From Acidaminococcales bacterium (GTDB lineage: Bacteria > Bacillota > Negativicutes > Acidaminococcales > JAISLQ01): a stretch of DNA of 64,000 nt. The position numbers and the translations under genes were made by a program. Positions 27,782 to 37,827 of this stretch are shown in pieces. Below the pieces are notes generated by a model, which was not told the origin of the DNA, did no database searches, and saw only the letters and a list, made by a program, of their open reading frames with translations. The stretch is from assembly GCA_031551525.1 (NCBI GenBank), contig JAVBNN010000003.1, forward strand, positions 8,029 to 72,028, read 5' to 3'. Every line of letters begins with the position of its first letter. Position 1 is the first letter of the stretch.

Positions 27782-29020
27782 TTATTGATATTTTTTGAAT
27801 AAAAGCGTGGCGTTATGGCCGCCAAAACCAAACGAATTGGAAAGAGCGTAGTTAACTTCCTTTTCGCGGGCTTTATTGGGTACATAGTCAAGATCCATGC
27901 CTTCATCTACATTTTCCATATTAATGGTCGGCGGGATGAGAGAGTTTTCAATGGTCAAAGCCGTCGCTATGGCCTCAATGCCTCCGGCCGCTCCCAAAAG
28001 ATGGCCGGTCATGGATTTTATGGAACTGATAGAGAGTTTTTGTGCGTGTTCGCCAAATACGCGTTTGATCGCCAGCGTTTCGTTTAGGTCATTCATCGGG
28101 GTAGATGTGCCGTGGGCGTTGATGTAGTCCACCTTCTCAGGTGTTATGCCAGCATCGTCGAGCGCCAGTTGCATGCATTTTGATGCCTGCAAACCCTCGG
28201 GCGCCGGAGCGGTGACGTGGTAGGCGTCGGCATTTGAGCCGTATCCTACTACTTCTGCGTAGATATGGGCGCCGCGTTTCACTGCGTGTTCCAGTTCTTC
28301 CAAAATAACAATGCCCGCGCCTTCGCCCATGACAAAACCGTCGCGGTCTTTATCAAACGGCCGGGAAGCTCTTTCCGGTTCGTCATTTCGGGTGGAAAGG
28401 GCTTTCATGGAGGCAAAACCGCCTACGGCGATAGGGGATACTGCTGCCTCGGTGCCGCCGGCTACCATGACGTCCGCCCCGCCGTGCGCAATTATACGAA
28501 AAGAGTCGCCTATGCAGTTAGTACCTGTGGCGCAGGCTGTGACAACACAAGTGTTTATGCCTTTAAGGCCAAACATGATGGATATCTGCCCGGCCGCCAT
28601 ATTGGCAATCATCATGGGTACAAAAAACGGGCTTACCCGGTCAGGGCCACGGTCAAACAGTACTTTATACTGGTTGTGCAACGTTTCTACACCGCCGATG
28701 CCTGTGCCGACGCAAGTCCCCATACGGTCTTTGTTTTCTTTCTCAAGGTCTATCCCTGAGTCTTCAAAAGCCAGTTTGGCCGCGGCTACCGCAAATTGGG
28801 CAAAGCGGTCCATGCGTTTGGCTTCTTTTTTATCAAGGAAATCACCCGGTTCAAAGTCTTTTACTTCGCCCGCAATATGGCAGTTGATACTGCTGGCGTC
28901 AAAGGCAGTTATCTGGCCGATACCGCTTTTTCCCGCTATCAGGGATTCCCAGAATTTATTTTTCCCTATACCAATCGGGGTTATTGCCCCCAAACCCGTT
29001 ATGACTACTCGTCTTTTCAA
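27782..29020 (-). CDS. fabF: beta-ketoacyl-ACP synthase II
   Basis: Start set to TTG 29020 (GAGGTG RBS 8 nt upstream), giving [11 protein letters not shown]. Active-site motifs [22 protein letters not shown]. The track ORF starts at an upstream TTG (29041). Confidence 0.93.
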   Translation of the reverse strand: MKRRVVITGLGAITPIGIGKNKFWESLIAGKSGIGQITAFDASSINCHIAGEVKDFEPGDFLDKKEAKRMDRFAQFAVAAAKLAFEDSGIDLEKENKDRMGTCVGTGIGGVETLHNQYKVLFDRGPDRVSPFFVPMMIANMAAGQISIMFGLKGINTCVVTACATGTNCIGDSFRIIAHGGADVMVAGGTEAAVSPIAVGGFASMKALSTRNDEPERASRPFDKDRDGFVMGEGAGIVILEELEHAVKRGAHIYAEVVGYGSNADAYHVTAPAPEGLQASKCMQLALDDAGITPEKVDYINAHGTSTPMNDLNETLAIKRVFGEHAQKLSISSIKSMTGHLLGAAGGIEAIATALTIENSLIPPTINMENVDEGMDLDYVPNKAREKEVNYALSNSFGFGGHNATLLFKKYQ

Positions 29021-29030
29021 AGAAAACACC

Positions 29031-29990
29031 TCACGCTTCAATAGTTTCTATTTCTTGGAGAAGTCGGGCAAAAATCTCTTTTACAGGTAAAATTTCCTTG
29101 ATTTCAGGCATCCTCTCACCGGTAAATACCAGTCCTGTATCTACATCGCCTTGCTGGGCGCGGGTAAGAGCCCTTATGATGCAAAACGCTTTGGAACATT
29201 GTTTGAGGCAGGCATCGCACTGCGTCGGCCGCGGCGCCTCTCCCGCCAGATGCTTTTGGGAAAAAGGATTCTTTATCGCCCGTCCAGGGTAACCGACCGG
29301 GCTATCTATCAATACAATATCTTCAGGTTTTACCCTTAGATAAAATTCTTTCAAAGCCGGGGCGCCGTTGGATTCGACGCTGGCAGCAAATCTGCTGCCC
29401 ATTTGTACGCCGTCCGCGCCAAGTTTCAAGGTCTCGACTATATCCTTGCCGGTAATAATGCCGCCTGCCGCAATAACAGGTATGCTGACAGCCTTTTTTA
29501 TCTCCGGGAGCAATTCACGCATGGGCACATCTGTGCCAAGATGCCCGCCAGCTTCCTTGCCTTCCACTATAACAGCAGAAGCGCCAAGGTTTTGCGATAT
29601 CCTGGCCAGTTTCGCGGTTGCGACTATCGGCACTATGGCCGTGCCCGACTCTTTGCCTAAAGAGAACATGTCACGGGAAAAACCAGCGCCGGCAACGACA
29701 AGATCTATCCCTTCGTCTATTGCGGTGTTAAGCAAGCCCAAAAATTCCCGGGCGGCAACCATTGCGTTTATGCCTATTATACCTTTACCGCCGGTAAGTT
29801 CTCTTGCCAGACGGATCTCTTTTCTCAATTCATCAAAGGCCATGCCGGACGCGGCTATCAAACCTATGCCGCCTTCATTGGCAACAGCCGCCGCTAAACG
29901 CGCCGTAGACAAACGTATAGCCATCCCGCCCTGTATGATTGGAATGTCTGCTGTCAATTTGCCAATTTTAAGCGCCGGTAGTTTCAACAA
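29031..29990 (-). CDS. nitronate monooxygenase / FabK-family FMN oxidoreductase paralog with C-terminal Cys cluster
   Basis: 319 aa. IPIIQGGMA...[10 protein letters not shown]...[12 protein letters not shown]...PVIAAGGI...[11 protein letters not shown] (NMO/FabK TIM-barrel motifs). It also carries [13 protein letters not shown], which is absent from the canonical FabK copy at 32068-33006. Confidence 0.7.
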   Translation of the reverse strand: MLKLPALKIGKLTADIPIIQGGMAIRLSTARLAAAVANEGGIGLIAASGMAFDELRKEIRLARELTGGKGIIGINAMVAAREFLGLLNTAIDEGIDLVVAGAGFSRDMFSLGKESGTAIVPIVATAKLARISQNLGASAVIVEGKEAGGHLGTDVPMRELLPEIKKAVSIPVIAAGGIITGKDIVETLKLGADGVQMGSRFAASVESNGAPALKEFYLRVKPEDIVLIDSPVGYPGRAIKNPFSQKHLAGEAPRPTQCDACLKQCSKAFCIIRALTRAQQGDVDTGLVFTGERMPEIKEILPVKEIFARLLQEIETIEA

Positions 29991-30071
29991 TTATTCCTCC
30001 ATTCGGAATTTACCTTCAGGAAAGTCCTGCACAGCAGGACTTTCCTGGCATAAAATGCAATGCGGTAAAAG

Positions 30072-30308
30072 TCAGGCTTGCTTTTCTTTGTCGATAAGTT
30101 CTACTGCATCACGCACAGTGCGGATTTTTTCAGCTGTTTCGTCGGGGATCTCGATATTGAATTCTTCCTCAAAGGCCATGATAAGTTCTACGATATCCAA
30201 AGAATCGGCGCCGAGGTCGTCAATAAATGTAGAATCCATACTTACTTCGGCTTCATCAACGCTAAGCTGTTCGACAGTGATTTCTCTTACTTTTTCAAAA
30301 GTGCTCAC
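30072..30308 (-). CDS. acpP: acyl carrier protein
   Basis: Start set to GTG 30308 (GGAGGTG RBS). [10 protein letters not shown]...[20 protein letters not shown], with DSL as the phosphopantetheine attachment site. Confidence 0.93.
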   Translation of the reverse strand: MSTFEKVREITVEQLSVDEAEVSMDSTFIDDLGADSLDIVELIMAFEEEFNIEIPDETAEKIRTVRDAVELIDKEKQA

Positions 30309-30350
30309 AACAATCACCTCCTTCCAAAAATGGATGATTTTGTACAATAA

Positions 30351-31094
30351 CTACATTACCATGCCGCCATCTACATGTAAAGTTTGACCAGTAATATATT
30401 TTGCGGCATCACAAGCAAGGAACAGTACTGCCTCGGCGACATCTTCAGCTTGCCCGAGGCACCCCAAGGGTATTGCTTTTAGCATATCTTCTTTTACATT
30501 TTCTGGCAAGATAGAAGTCATATCTGTTTCTATAAAACCGGGGGCGATGGCATTGGCTGTAATGTTGCGCGAGGCCAGTTCTTTGGCCACCGCTTTGGTA
30601 AAACCGATGACACCGGCTTTGGCGGCGGCGTAGTTGGCCTGTCCTGCGTTGCCGTTCACTCCGACGACCGAGCTCATATTTATGATGCGCCCGTATCTTT
30701 GCTTCATCATAGGTTTTGTGGCCGCTTTGGTGCAGTTATATGCGCCTTTAAGATTTGTGTTGATGACAGCGTCCCAGTCTTCGTCTTTCATCCTCATCAA
30801 AAGACCGTCACGGGTAATGCCGGCGTTGTTAACAAGGATGTCGAGCCGGCCGAATTCTTTTACCACTTTGTCTACCATTTCGGCAGCTTCTTTGCCGTCA
30901 GATACGTCGGCTTTTATTAAAATGACGCGCCTGCCCATATCTTTGATGACTTTTTCCACTTCTTCAGCGGCAGCCTGATTGCCGGCATAATTGACCGCAA
31001 TATCGGCGCCCGCTTTAGCTAAAGCGATAGCACAAGCCCGCCCTATGCCACGAGAGCCTCCCGTAACTAAGGCTGTCTTTCCTTCTAAGCTCAT
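30351..31094 (-). CDS. fabG: 3-oxoacyl-ACP reductase
   Basis: 247 aa. [20 protein letters not shown]...YAAAKAG (SDR catalytic YxxxK). Confidence 0.95.
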   Translation of the reverse strand: MSLEGKTALVTGGSRGIGRACAIALAKAGADIAVNYAGNQAAAEEVEKVIKDMGRRVILIKADVSDGKEAAEMVDKVVKEFGRLDILVNNAGITRDGLLMRMKDEDWDAVINTNLKGAYNCTKAATKPMMKQRYGRIINMSSVVGVNGNAGQANYAAAKAGVIGFTKAVAKELASRNITANAIAPGFIETDMTSILPENVKEDMLKAIPLGCLGQAEDVAEAVLFLACDAAKYITGQTLHVDGGMVM

Positions 31095-32035
31095 TTTCCA
31101 GCCTCCTTTAAAGCAGTGATGGTTCTTTCCAGGCTATCGAGGTCGCCCACGTTGAACGCGGACACGCCCGGTTCTATTTTTTTCGCAAAACCGCACAGGG
31201 TTTTGCCTGGGCCTATCTCTACAAATATCCCGGCGCCGTCTTTAATCATTTCTTTGGTTAAATTTGTCCAGAGTACCGGACTGGCCGCTTGTTTTACCAG
31301 GAGTTCTTTTATTTCTTCTTTTTTCACCACCGGTTGGGCTGTAACGTTAGAATACACCGGCCGGATGGCGTCTTTAAATTCTATCGTGTCAAGAAATTTT
31401 TCCAGTTTAGCCGCCGCCGGTTTTAAAAGCGTACTGTGAAAAGGTGCGCTGACCGGCAACAACAGGGCACGCTTGGCACCCGCCGCCTTCAGTCTTTCAG
31501 CCGCCACTTCAACGCCTTTAGCGCTGCCCGCTATGACCACCTGTCCTGGACAGTTGAAGTTGACTGCCTGCACTACCAGGTTTTCTTTTTCGACTTCCTC
31601 ACAGATGGCGATTATTTTCTCGTCTTCCATGCCCATGACAGCTGCCATGGCGCCTTCGCCTACCGGTACGGCTTCTTGCATATATTGTCCGCGCATGTGC
31701 ACAGTCTTGACTGCGTCTTTAAAGGACATGGCCTCAGCTGCGACCAGCGCCGAATATTCACCCAGGCTGTGCCCGGCCGCCATCGCGAAAGTCATGCCTT
31801 TTTCTTTCAACACTTCGTAAACGGCTATACTGACTGTCAAAATAGCCGGCTGAGTGTATTTGGTCAGGCGCAGTTCTTCTTCCGGCCCTTCAAAACACAG
31901 TTTGCTGATAGAAAAACCCAGCGCCTCGTCAGCTTCAGCGAAAATATGTTTCGCCGCCGGATAGGTGTCGTAAAAATCCCTGCCCATTTCCACGTATTGA
32001 GCGCCCTGTCCAGGGAAAATAAAGGATGTTTTCAT
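31091..32035 (-). CDS. fabD: malonyl CoA-ACP transacylase
   Basis: 314 aa. [17 protein letters not shown] active site. Confidence 0.95.
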   Translation of the reverse strand: MKTSFIFPGQGAQYVEMGRDFYDTYPAAKHIFAEADEALGFSISKLCFEGPEEELRLTKYTQPAILTVSIAVYEVLKEKGMTFAMAAGHSLGEYSALVAAEAMSFKDAVKTVHMRGQYMQEAVPVGEGAMAAVMGMEDEKIIAICEEVEKENLVVQAVNFNCPGQVVIAGSAKGVEVAAERLKAAGAKRALLLPVSAPFHSTLLKPAAAKLEKFLDTIEFKDAIRPVYSNVTAQPVVKKEEIKELLVKQAASPVLWTNLTKEMIKDGAGIFVEIGPGKTLCGFAKKIEPGVSAFNVGDLDSLERTITALKEAGK

Positions 32036-32067
32036 GGCAAAAATTCTCCTTCAGTTCGCTGTTTTGT

Positions 32068-33006
32068 TTAAAACTTTTTCACCGAATCAAATACTTTTGG
32101 CAGATTACCAACGATGTCCTGGATGATTTCTCCAACACTCCTGATTTCTTTTATCATGCCGGCAGACTGTCCGGCCATTACCGAGCCAAAGCGTACATCA
32201 CCGTCGCAAACGGCGGCTTTTAGTTTGCCCGCTCCCATTTGGTCTAGTTCTTCCACACTGGCGCCGGCCCGTTCCATTTCTTCAAACTGCTTGGTCAACA
32301 TATTTTCAAGAACCCTGACCGGGTGTCCGGTACTGTTGCCGGTAGTGACCGAGCTGCGGTCACGCGCCTTTAATATGGCGTTTTTATAGTTTTCATGCGC
32401 TATGCATTCGTGTGAAGCGACAAAACGCGTCCCTATTTGCACGCCTTCGGCTCCGAGACACATAACGGCAGCTAAACCGCGAGCATCGACGACGCCTCCG
32501 GCGGCGATGACCGGCACCGATACCGCATCCACGACTTGCGGTATCAGGCACATGGTGTTTACCGCGCCTATATGTCCACCGCTTTCATTGCCTTCGGCGA
32601 TCAAAGCATCTACACCTGAACGCACCAGGCGGGTAGCGAGAGCAACCGATGCCACCACCGGAATGACCTTGGTGCCTATCTCTTTTAACACAGGCAGGTA
32701 TTCAGCCGGGTTGCCGGCGCCGGTAGTGATGACTTTAACACGTTCATCTATGACTACTTGCATAACGTCTTTGACAAACGGTGATCTGAGCATGATATTT
32801 ACGCCAAACGGTTTATCCGTCCAGCCTTTTATTTTTCTGATCTCTTCGCGCAGTACTTCCGGCGGCATATGCCCCGCCCCGATAATACCAAGCCCTCCGG
32901 CATTAGATACGGCAGTAGCCAGTTCACTGGTGGCTACCCAGGCCATACCACCCTGCAATATAGGGTATTTTATTCCTAACAGTTCACAAATACGATTATT
33001 CCCCAC
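32068..33006 (-). CDS. fabK: enoyl-ACP reductase II (FMN-dependent)
   Basis: 312 aa. It aligns closely by eye with remembered streptococcal FabK (ICELLGIKYPILQGGMAWVA...GGLGIIGAG...KPFGVNIML...VITTGAGNP...AEGNESGGHIG...IPVIAAGG...GAEGVQIGTRF). Confidence 0.85.
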   Translation of the reverse strand: MGNNRICELLGIKYPILQGGMAWVATSELATAVSNAGGLGIIGAGHMPPEVLREEIRKIKGWTDKPFGVNIMLRSPFVKDVMQVVIDERVKVITTGAGNPAEYLPVLKEIGTKVIPVVASVALATRLVRSGVDALIAEGNESGGHIGAVNTMCLIPQVVDAVSVPVIAAGGVVDARGLAAVMCLGAEGVQIGTRFVASHECIAHENYKNAILKARDRSSVTTGNSTGHPVRVLENMLTKQFEEMERAGASVEELDQMGAGKLKAAVCDGDVRFGSVMAGQSAGMIKEIRSVGEIIQDIVGNLPKVFDSVKKF

Positions 33007-33023
33007 TTAACGTTACTTCCTCC

Positions 33024-34019
33024 CTATTTGTTCCACTTTAACGCGCAGGCCGCCCAGGTCAAGCCAGTCCCGAAGCCGACCAAAAGTACGTTGTCGCCTT
33101 TTTTTATACGCCCTTCGTCCCATGCCTCGCTAAGTGCGATAGGTACGGACCCGGCAGAGGTATTGCCGTATTTTTGCACATTGATAAAAAATTTCTCCAA
33201 TGGCTGTTTCAGGCGTTTCGCGCCGGACTGTATGATGCGTACATTGGCCTGGTGCGGTATGTAAATATCTATATCGTCAGCCTGTAGGCCAGATTTGGCA
33301 AGTACAGTATTTATAGCTTCCGGCATGATGCGCGAGGCGAATTTAAATACTTCAGTACCGTCCATCTGCGCCAGGTGAAGCTTTTCTTTGAGTATTTCTT
33401 CGGTAACGGGCGTACGCGTTCCCCCGGCCCTGGCAATGATAGCTTCGCCGCCGGAACCGTCCGAGCCCAACGTGTATGAATAAAAGCCGTATCCTTCTTC
33501 GACTGGACCGATTACCGCAGCGCCCGCGCCGTCGGCAAACAGGACGCAAGTATTGCGGTCTTCCCAGTTGATGACTCGTGAAAGTATTTCCGCACCGATA
33601 ACGAGAACTTTGTTCATGGAACCGGTGGCTACCATTTGCGATGCCACCGAGAGGCCGTAAATAAATCCTGAACAGCCGGCAGCCAGGTCAAACGCACCCG
33701 CGTTGACCGCGCCAAGTTTATCCTGCACCAGGCAGCCGGTCGCCGGGAAGGGATAATCACCCGATAGTGTACACATAACGATGAGGTCTATTTCTTCCGG
33801 TTTGACACCGGCATGTTCCAATGCGCGACGCGCGGCTGCAACTGCCATATCCGAGGTGTTTTCTCCGGGCGCGGCTATGTGCCGCTCTTTTATGCCGGTG
33901 CGCTCGGTTATCCATTCATCGGTGGTGTTCACCATTTTTTCCAGGTCTTTATTGGTAAGTATTTTCTCCGGAGCGTAATGCCCTACGCCAAGGATACCCA
34001 CAGGTCGTAAATTTTTCAT
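33024..34019 (-). CDS. fabH: beta-ketoacyl-ACP synthase III
   Basis: 331 aa. AAGCSGF active-site Cys, HQANVRI, GNTSAGS. Confidence 0.95.
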   Translation of the reverse strand: MKNLRPVGILGVGHYAPEKILTNKDLEKMVNTTDEWITERTGIKERHIAAPGENTSDMAVAAARRALEHAGVKPEEIDLIVMCTLSGDYPFPATGCLVQDKLGAVNAGAFDLAAGCSGFIYGLSVASQMVATGSMNKVLVIGAEILSRVINWEDRNTCVLFADGAGAAVIGPVEEGYGFYSYTLGSDGSGGEAIIARAGGTRTPVTEEILKEKLHLAQMDGTEVFKFASRIMPEAINTVLAKSGLQADDIDIYIPHQANVRIIQSGAKRLKQPLEKFFINVQKYGNTSAGSVPIALSEAWDEGRIKKGDNVLLVGFGTGLTWAACALKWNK

Positions 34020-35029
34020 CGCTCAGCTTCTCCTTCATTATTTATAGTAGCCTCGATATGTTCCAATAGATTATTTTTGTCAAAGGTTACCGCCACGCCT
34101 ATGGCGTTTTTGATCGCTTTGGCTTTGGAACTGCCGTGACAGATAATAAAAGTGCCATTCACTCCCAAAAGTGGCGCGCCGCCGTATTCTGATGACTCCA
34201 TCTTTTTTTTCATGCCGCGCAGGGCGGGCATGAGTACCATAGCTGCCGCCTTGGAGAAAAATCCGCCTTGTTTGATGGCGTCTTTTAGCATCTCAAGGAT
34301 CACCATGGCAAGACCCTCGGCGCTTTTGAGCACTACATTGCCAACAAAGCCGTCACATACTATCACGTCTACTTTTCCGTTGGTAATGTCACGTCCTTCA
34401 GCATTGCCGGTAAAGTTTAAGCTTTTTTCGTCTTGCAGCAAAGGATAAGTGGCTAAAACCTGTTCATTGCCTTTGCTTTCTTCTTCACCGATATTTAAAA
34501 GCCCGACACGTGGCTTATGTATTTCAAGTATGTGTTGGGCATACAGTGAACCCATTATAGCTGCCTGTACCATATGCTGCGGTTTGCTGTCAACGTTGGC
34601 TCCCGAGTCTAAAAGCACGGTCACACCGCTCTTGTTTGGTATATGGGTAGCTATGGCGGGGCGTTCTATACCTCGGATACGGCCAAGGCCGAAAAGTGCC
34701 GCCGCAACTGCGGCGCCGGTACTACCAGCCGATATTACCGCCTGGCAATCGCCCGTTTTCAATAGTTTGGTAGCTATAACTATTGAAGAGTCTTTTTTCT
34801 TGCGCACAGCCACACTAGGTTGCTCGCACATCTCTATCACTTCACTGGCGTGGCAAACAGATATTTTGTCATTTTTAAAAGATTTTTCTTCTTTTAGGAC
34901 TTTTTCTATTTCGTTTTTATCCCCTACCAAAGCCACTTCACAGCCATAAGTATGCACTGCCTGTATCGCCCCACGCACTATTTCGCCGGGGCCATAGTCA
35001 GTACCCATAACGTCAACAGCTACTCTCAT
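34016..35029 (-). CDS. plsX: phosphate acyltransferase PlsX
   Basis: 337 aa. MRVAVDVMGTDYGP..., GNAEGRD, CDGFVGNV. Confidence 0.95.
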   Translation of the reverse strand: MRVAVDVMGTDYGPGEIVRGAIQAVHTYGCEVALVGDKNEIEKVLKEEKSFKNDKISVCHASEVIEMCEQPSVAVRKKKDSSIVIATKLLKTGDCQAVISAGSTGAAVAAALFGLGRIRGIERPAIATHIPNKSGVTVLLDSGANVDSKPQHMVQAAIMGSLYAQHILEIHKPRVGLLNIGEEESKGNEQVLATYPLLQDEKSLNFTGNAEGRDITNGKVDVIVCDGFVGNVVLKSAEGLAMVILEMLKDAIKQGGFFSKAAAMVLMPALRGMKKKMESSEYGGAPLLGVNGTFIICHGSSKAKAIKNAIGVAVTFDKNNLLEHIEATINNEGEAER

Positions 35030-35036
35030 TTACGTC

Positions 35037-35600
35037 TCACTCTCCGCCAATCAAGGATACAACGATAAATTTTGCCCGAAAAACTTCTTCTTGTTCATTG
35101 CGTATTTTTACCCAAATAAAATACTTATTGCCGCGTTGGCGGATTACCTGCGCTTTGGCAATAAGACGTTCCCCTTTATGGATAGGTTTGATGTATTTTA
35201 CGTTGGCCACGCCGGTCAAGGCGGCCGGAGCGTCTATGATAGCCAGCGCCAGTGTATTGGCCTGGGCAAACATATAATAGCCGCGCGCTATCCCTGTCCG
35301 GTCGATCACCATATCGGGCGTCACAGTCATAGTCGATATACCGCGCAAACCAAGTTCTATATCCAAAAGTTCGCCTACTACGTCAGCGCTGTCGATCGCC
35401 CGGAGCTTTCTTTGCGCTGTGTGAGCCATGCTTTTGACACGCTCGCGCAGTTCCGGGATCCCGAGACGCACTCTATCGAGCCTTATCGTCTGAACGCTGA
35501 CCGACAATTCCCGGGCGAGTTGCTCGTCCGTGCAAAAAGGGTTGTCAGTCAGACGCTCGCGCAAGGCCTCGTGCCTTTTTATTTTTAGCATAGGTTTCAT
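35037..35600 (-). CDS. fapR: fatty acid/phospholipid synthesis transcription factor FapR
   Basis: 187 aa. N-terminal HTH (RHEALRERLTDNPFCTDEQLARELSVSVQTIRLDR) plus a hot-dog fold domain. It sits directly upstream of plsX, as in Bacillus. Confidence 0.85.
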   Translation of the reverse strand: MKPMLKIKRHEALRERLTDNPFCTDEQLARELSVSVQTIRLDRVRLGIPELRERVKSMAHTAQRKLRAIDSADVVGELLDIELGLRGISTMTVTPDMVIDRTGIARGYYMFAQANTLALAIIDAPAALTGVANVKYIKPIHKGERLIAKAQVIRQRGNKYFIWVKIRNEQEEVFRAKFIVVSLIGGE

Positions 35601-35615
35601 ACGACATCACCCTAT

Positions 35616-35632
35616 TTATGACTTGGTACTAA
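35616..35632 (-). promoter_or_regulatory. candidate FapR operator
   Basis: On the minus strand TTAGTACCAAGTCATAA. The left half matches the remembered FapR palindrome half-site TTAGTACC; the right half is degenerate. It lies just downstream of the fapR -10 element. Confidence 0.45.
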
Positions 35633-35642
35633 GACCTAAGTA

Positions 35643-35672
35643 ATTATAGCTCGCTATTAAAAAATCTGTCAA
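35643..35672 (-). promoter_or_regulatory. sigma-70 promoter (TTGACA-18-TATAAT) for fapR-plsX-fab operon
   Basis: On the minus strand, TTGACA (35672-35667), an 18-nt spacer, then TATAAT (35648-35643). Confidence 0.6.
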
Positions 35673-35707
35673 GAAAAAAAAAGAGACTCCGATATAGATC
35701 AGAGTCT
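35673..35707 (-). terminator. intrinsic terminator after rpmF
   Basis: AGACUC-N12-GAGUCU hairpin followed by C-U9 on the minus strand. Confidence 0.55.
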
Positions 35708-35721
35708 TTTTGCATATAGGC

Positions 35722-35901
35722 TTATTTTTCCATATTTACGATCTGCTGTCCCTTATACGAACCGCATTTTGGGCAAACACGGTGTGGCATCTTAAATTCG
35801 TGGCACTGTGGGCACTCGATCAAGCCTGGAACTGTCAGCTTCCAGTTGGCGCGGCGCTTGTCGCGGCGGGCTTTGGACATTTTACGCTTCGGTACTGCCA
35901 T
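35722..35901 (-). CDS. rpmF: 50S ribosomal protein L32
   Basis: Below the ORF-track size cutoff. Hand translation: [59 protein letters not shown], with a CxxC...CxxC zinc ribbon. GAGGAGGTG RBS. Confidence 0.93.
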   Translation of the reverse strand: MAVPKRKMSKARRDKRRANWKLTVPGLIECPQCHEFKMPHRVCPKCGSYKGQQIVNMEK

Positions 35902-35933
35902 TTATATACACCTCCTCAAGCTTTTCGAATTGA

Positions 35934-36434
35934 CTATTTTTTTCTGAATTTTTCCAGTGCTGCCAAACGGGGATCTATGGTTTCCCTGAGGCAGGCACAG
36001 TTTTTTATGTTCAAATTTTGGCCGCATATAGGGCAAATCCCCTGACAGCCATCTTTGCACAGCATCTTGACCGGTTCTCCCATAAGGAGATTCTCGCCGA
36101 CGATTTGTTTGATATCAATAAAATCGCCGTCAAAGGTATAGGCGTCTTCTTCAATATCGACGGCAGTCACAGGAAATATTTTTTCGCAAAACTCAACTTC
36201 AAGTTCTTGTTCCAGTGGCTCCAGGCAGCGGGCACATTCGCCTTTATAGTGTGCTGAAGACACGCCGCTTAATAAAAGTACGTCGCCTACATTGGCTATG
36301 TCGCCACCAGCCGAAACATCACCTGTAAAACAACCGGCAAATCCATCTGGCAATACTTCCGTGACCGGCGAGGTGAAAGAAAAATTTTCCCGACGACCGC
36401 GCTCTTTTTTTACTGAAGATATGTTTACTTTCAT
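35934..36434 (-). CDS. yceD: YceD/DUF177 family protein (large-subunit rRNA accumulation protein)
   Basis: Start moved to ATG 36434 (MKVNISSVKKERG...); the longer track ORF would overlap ackA. C-terminal CKDGCQGICPICGQNLN Cys motif. Conserved yceD-rpmF pairing. Confidence 0.8.
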   Translation of the reverse strand: MKVNISSVKKERGRRENFSFTSPVTEVLPDGFAGCFTGDVSAGGDIANVGDVLLLSGVSSAHYKGECARCLEPLEQELEVEFCEKIFPVTAVDIEEDAYTFDGDFIDIKQIVGENLLMGEPVKMLCKDGCQGICPICGQNLNIKNCACLRETIDPRLAALEKFRKK

Positions 36435-36489
36435 TTGTTCACCAACCTGATTAATTATATACACCAGGTTACCCTTTGTCAAGAAGCTT

Positions 36490-37701
36490 TCAAGCCCTGA
36501 ACAGGGGGCGGCAAATGATGGAAGTGTCGCGTGCAATGACCAGTTCTTCGTTTGTCGGTATGACAAATATTTTTACCGAGCTGCGCGGAACGCTTATTTC
36601 CTGCGCTTTGCCTCTTGTCTGGTTACGGTCTGGATCTATACGGGTACCCAGATACTCAAGGCCGCTGCATATTTTGTCACGCATGCTAGGCGAATTTTCG
36701 CCCAACCCTGCGGTAAAGACTATAGCGTCTACTCCGCCCAGAGCTGAAGCGTAACCGCCGATATATTTTTTGACCCGGTAGGCGAATATGTCTATCGCCA
36801 ACTGTGAACGTTCGTCTCCTTCGGCCGCGGCAGCCTCCAGGTCGCGAAAATCGCTGGAACGGCCTGATATACCGAGTATACCTGATCTGCGGTTGAGGTA
36901 TTCTTCTACTTCATGGATATCCATATGTTCTTTTTCCATAATGAAAGGAACTATGGCCGGATCCACCTCACCGCTGCGGGTCCCCATAACCAGCCCTTCG
37001 AGCGGAGTGAAGCCCATGCTGGTGTCGACTGATTTGCCGTATTTTATAGCGGTCAGGCTGGCGCCGTTCCCAAGATGGCAGGTGATGATGCGCAGGTCTG
37101 TCATGTGTTCGCCCATCATGCTGGCTGCCACTTGCGCTACATATTTGTGTGATGTACCATGAAAACCATAGCGGCGCACGCCGTATTTCTGGTAAAGTTC
37201 ATAAGGAAGGCCGTAAATATAGGCCATTTTGGGTATGGTTTGGTGGAAAGCCGTGTCAAATACCGCCACCTGTGGTACAGACGGCATAAGTTTGATGCAG
37301 GCCTTTATACCGCATATGTTGGGTGGGTTATGAAGAGGAGCCAGTTCCGAACATCTTTCGATGCCAGCTAGCACTTCACCGGTGATAAGCGTAGAGTCGG
37401 TAAAACGCTCGCCGCCATGCACTACGCGATGCCCTACCGCATCTATCTCGTCGACGGTTTTTATGACGCCGTGCTCATTGTCGAGCAATGCGTCCAATAC
37501 CATCTTGATCGCTGTTGTATGATCCGGGATATTTTCATTGATCTCAACAGTTTCGCCGTTCGCGGGAGTATGTTTCAGAAGAGAACCATCAAGCCCTATT
37601 CGTTCCACCAGACCCTTGGCAAATACGCTTTCGCCCTCCATGTCAATAAATTGATACTTTAAAGAAGAGCTTCCACAATTGACAACAAAAATTTTCATCA
37701 A
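36490..37701 (-). CDS. ackA: acetate kinase
   Basis: 403 aa. [43 protein letters not shown]. Confidence 0.95.
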   Translation of the reverse strand: MMKIFVVNCGSSSLKYQFIDMEGESVFAKGLVERIGLDGSLLKHTPANGETVEINENIPDHTTAIKMVLDALLDNEHGVIKTVDEIDAVGHRVVHGGERFTDSTLITGEVLAGIERCSELAPLHNPPNICGIKACIKLMPSVPQVAVFDTAFHQTIPKMAYIYGLPYELYQKYGVRRYGFHGTSHKYVAQVAASMMGEHMTDLRIITCHLGNGASLTAIKYGKSVDTSMGFTPLEGLVMGTRSGEVDPAIVPFIMEKEHMDIHEVEEYLNRRSGILGISGRSSDFRDLEAAAAEGDERSQLAIDIFAYRVKKYIGGYASALGGVDAIVFTAGLGENSPSMRDKICSGLEYLGTRIDPDRNQTRGKAQEISVPRSSVKIFVIPTNEELVIARDTSIICRPLFRA

Positions 37702-37827
37702 TATCCTCCTTGCAATGTTCCTCTGTTATAATGTATACAACAATATTTATATTTTACTCTATTATACGAATTTTTTCGAGTATTTTTACAAAATTTTTCC
37801 ATCAGGAAAGACCCGGGGTAGTTTATT

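Noticed and set aside
29368-30387. 339-aa + strand ORF spanning the FabK-like gene and acpP
   Set aside because: It is antisense to two well-supported genes, crosses an intergenic region, has a Ser/Ala/Pro-rich composition, and has no start context.
36435-36566. 44-codon N-terminal extension of the yceD ORF
   Set aside because: It would overlap the 3' end of ackA by 77 nt. The internal ATG gives the usual DUF177 size of about 166 aa.
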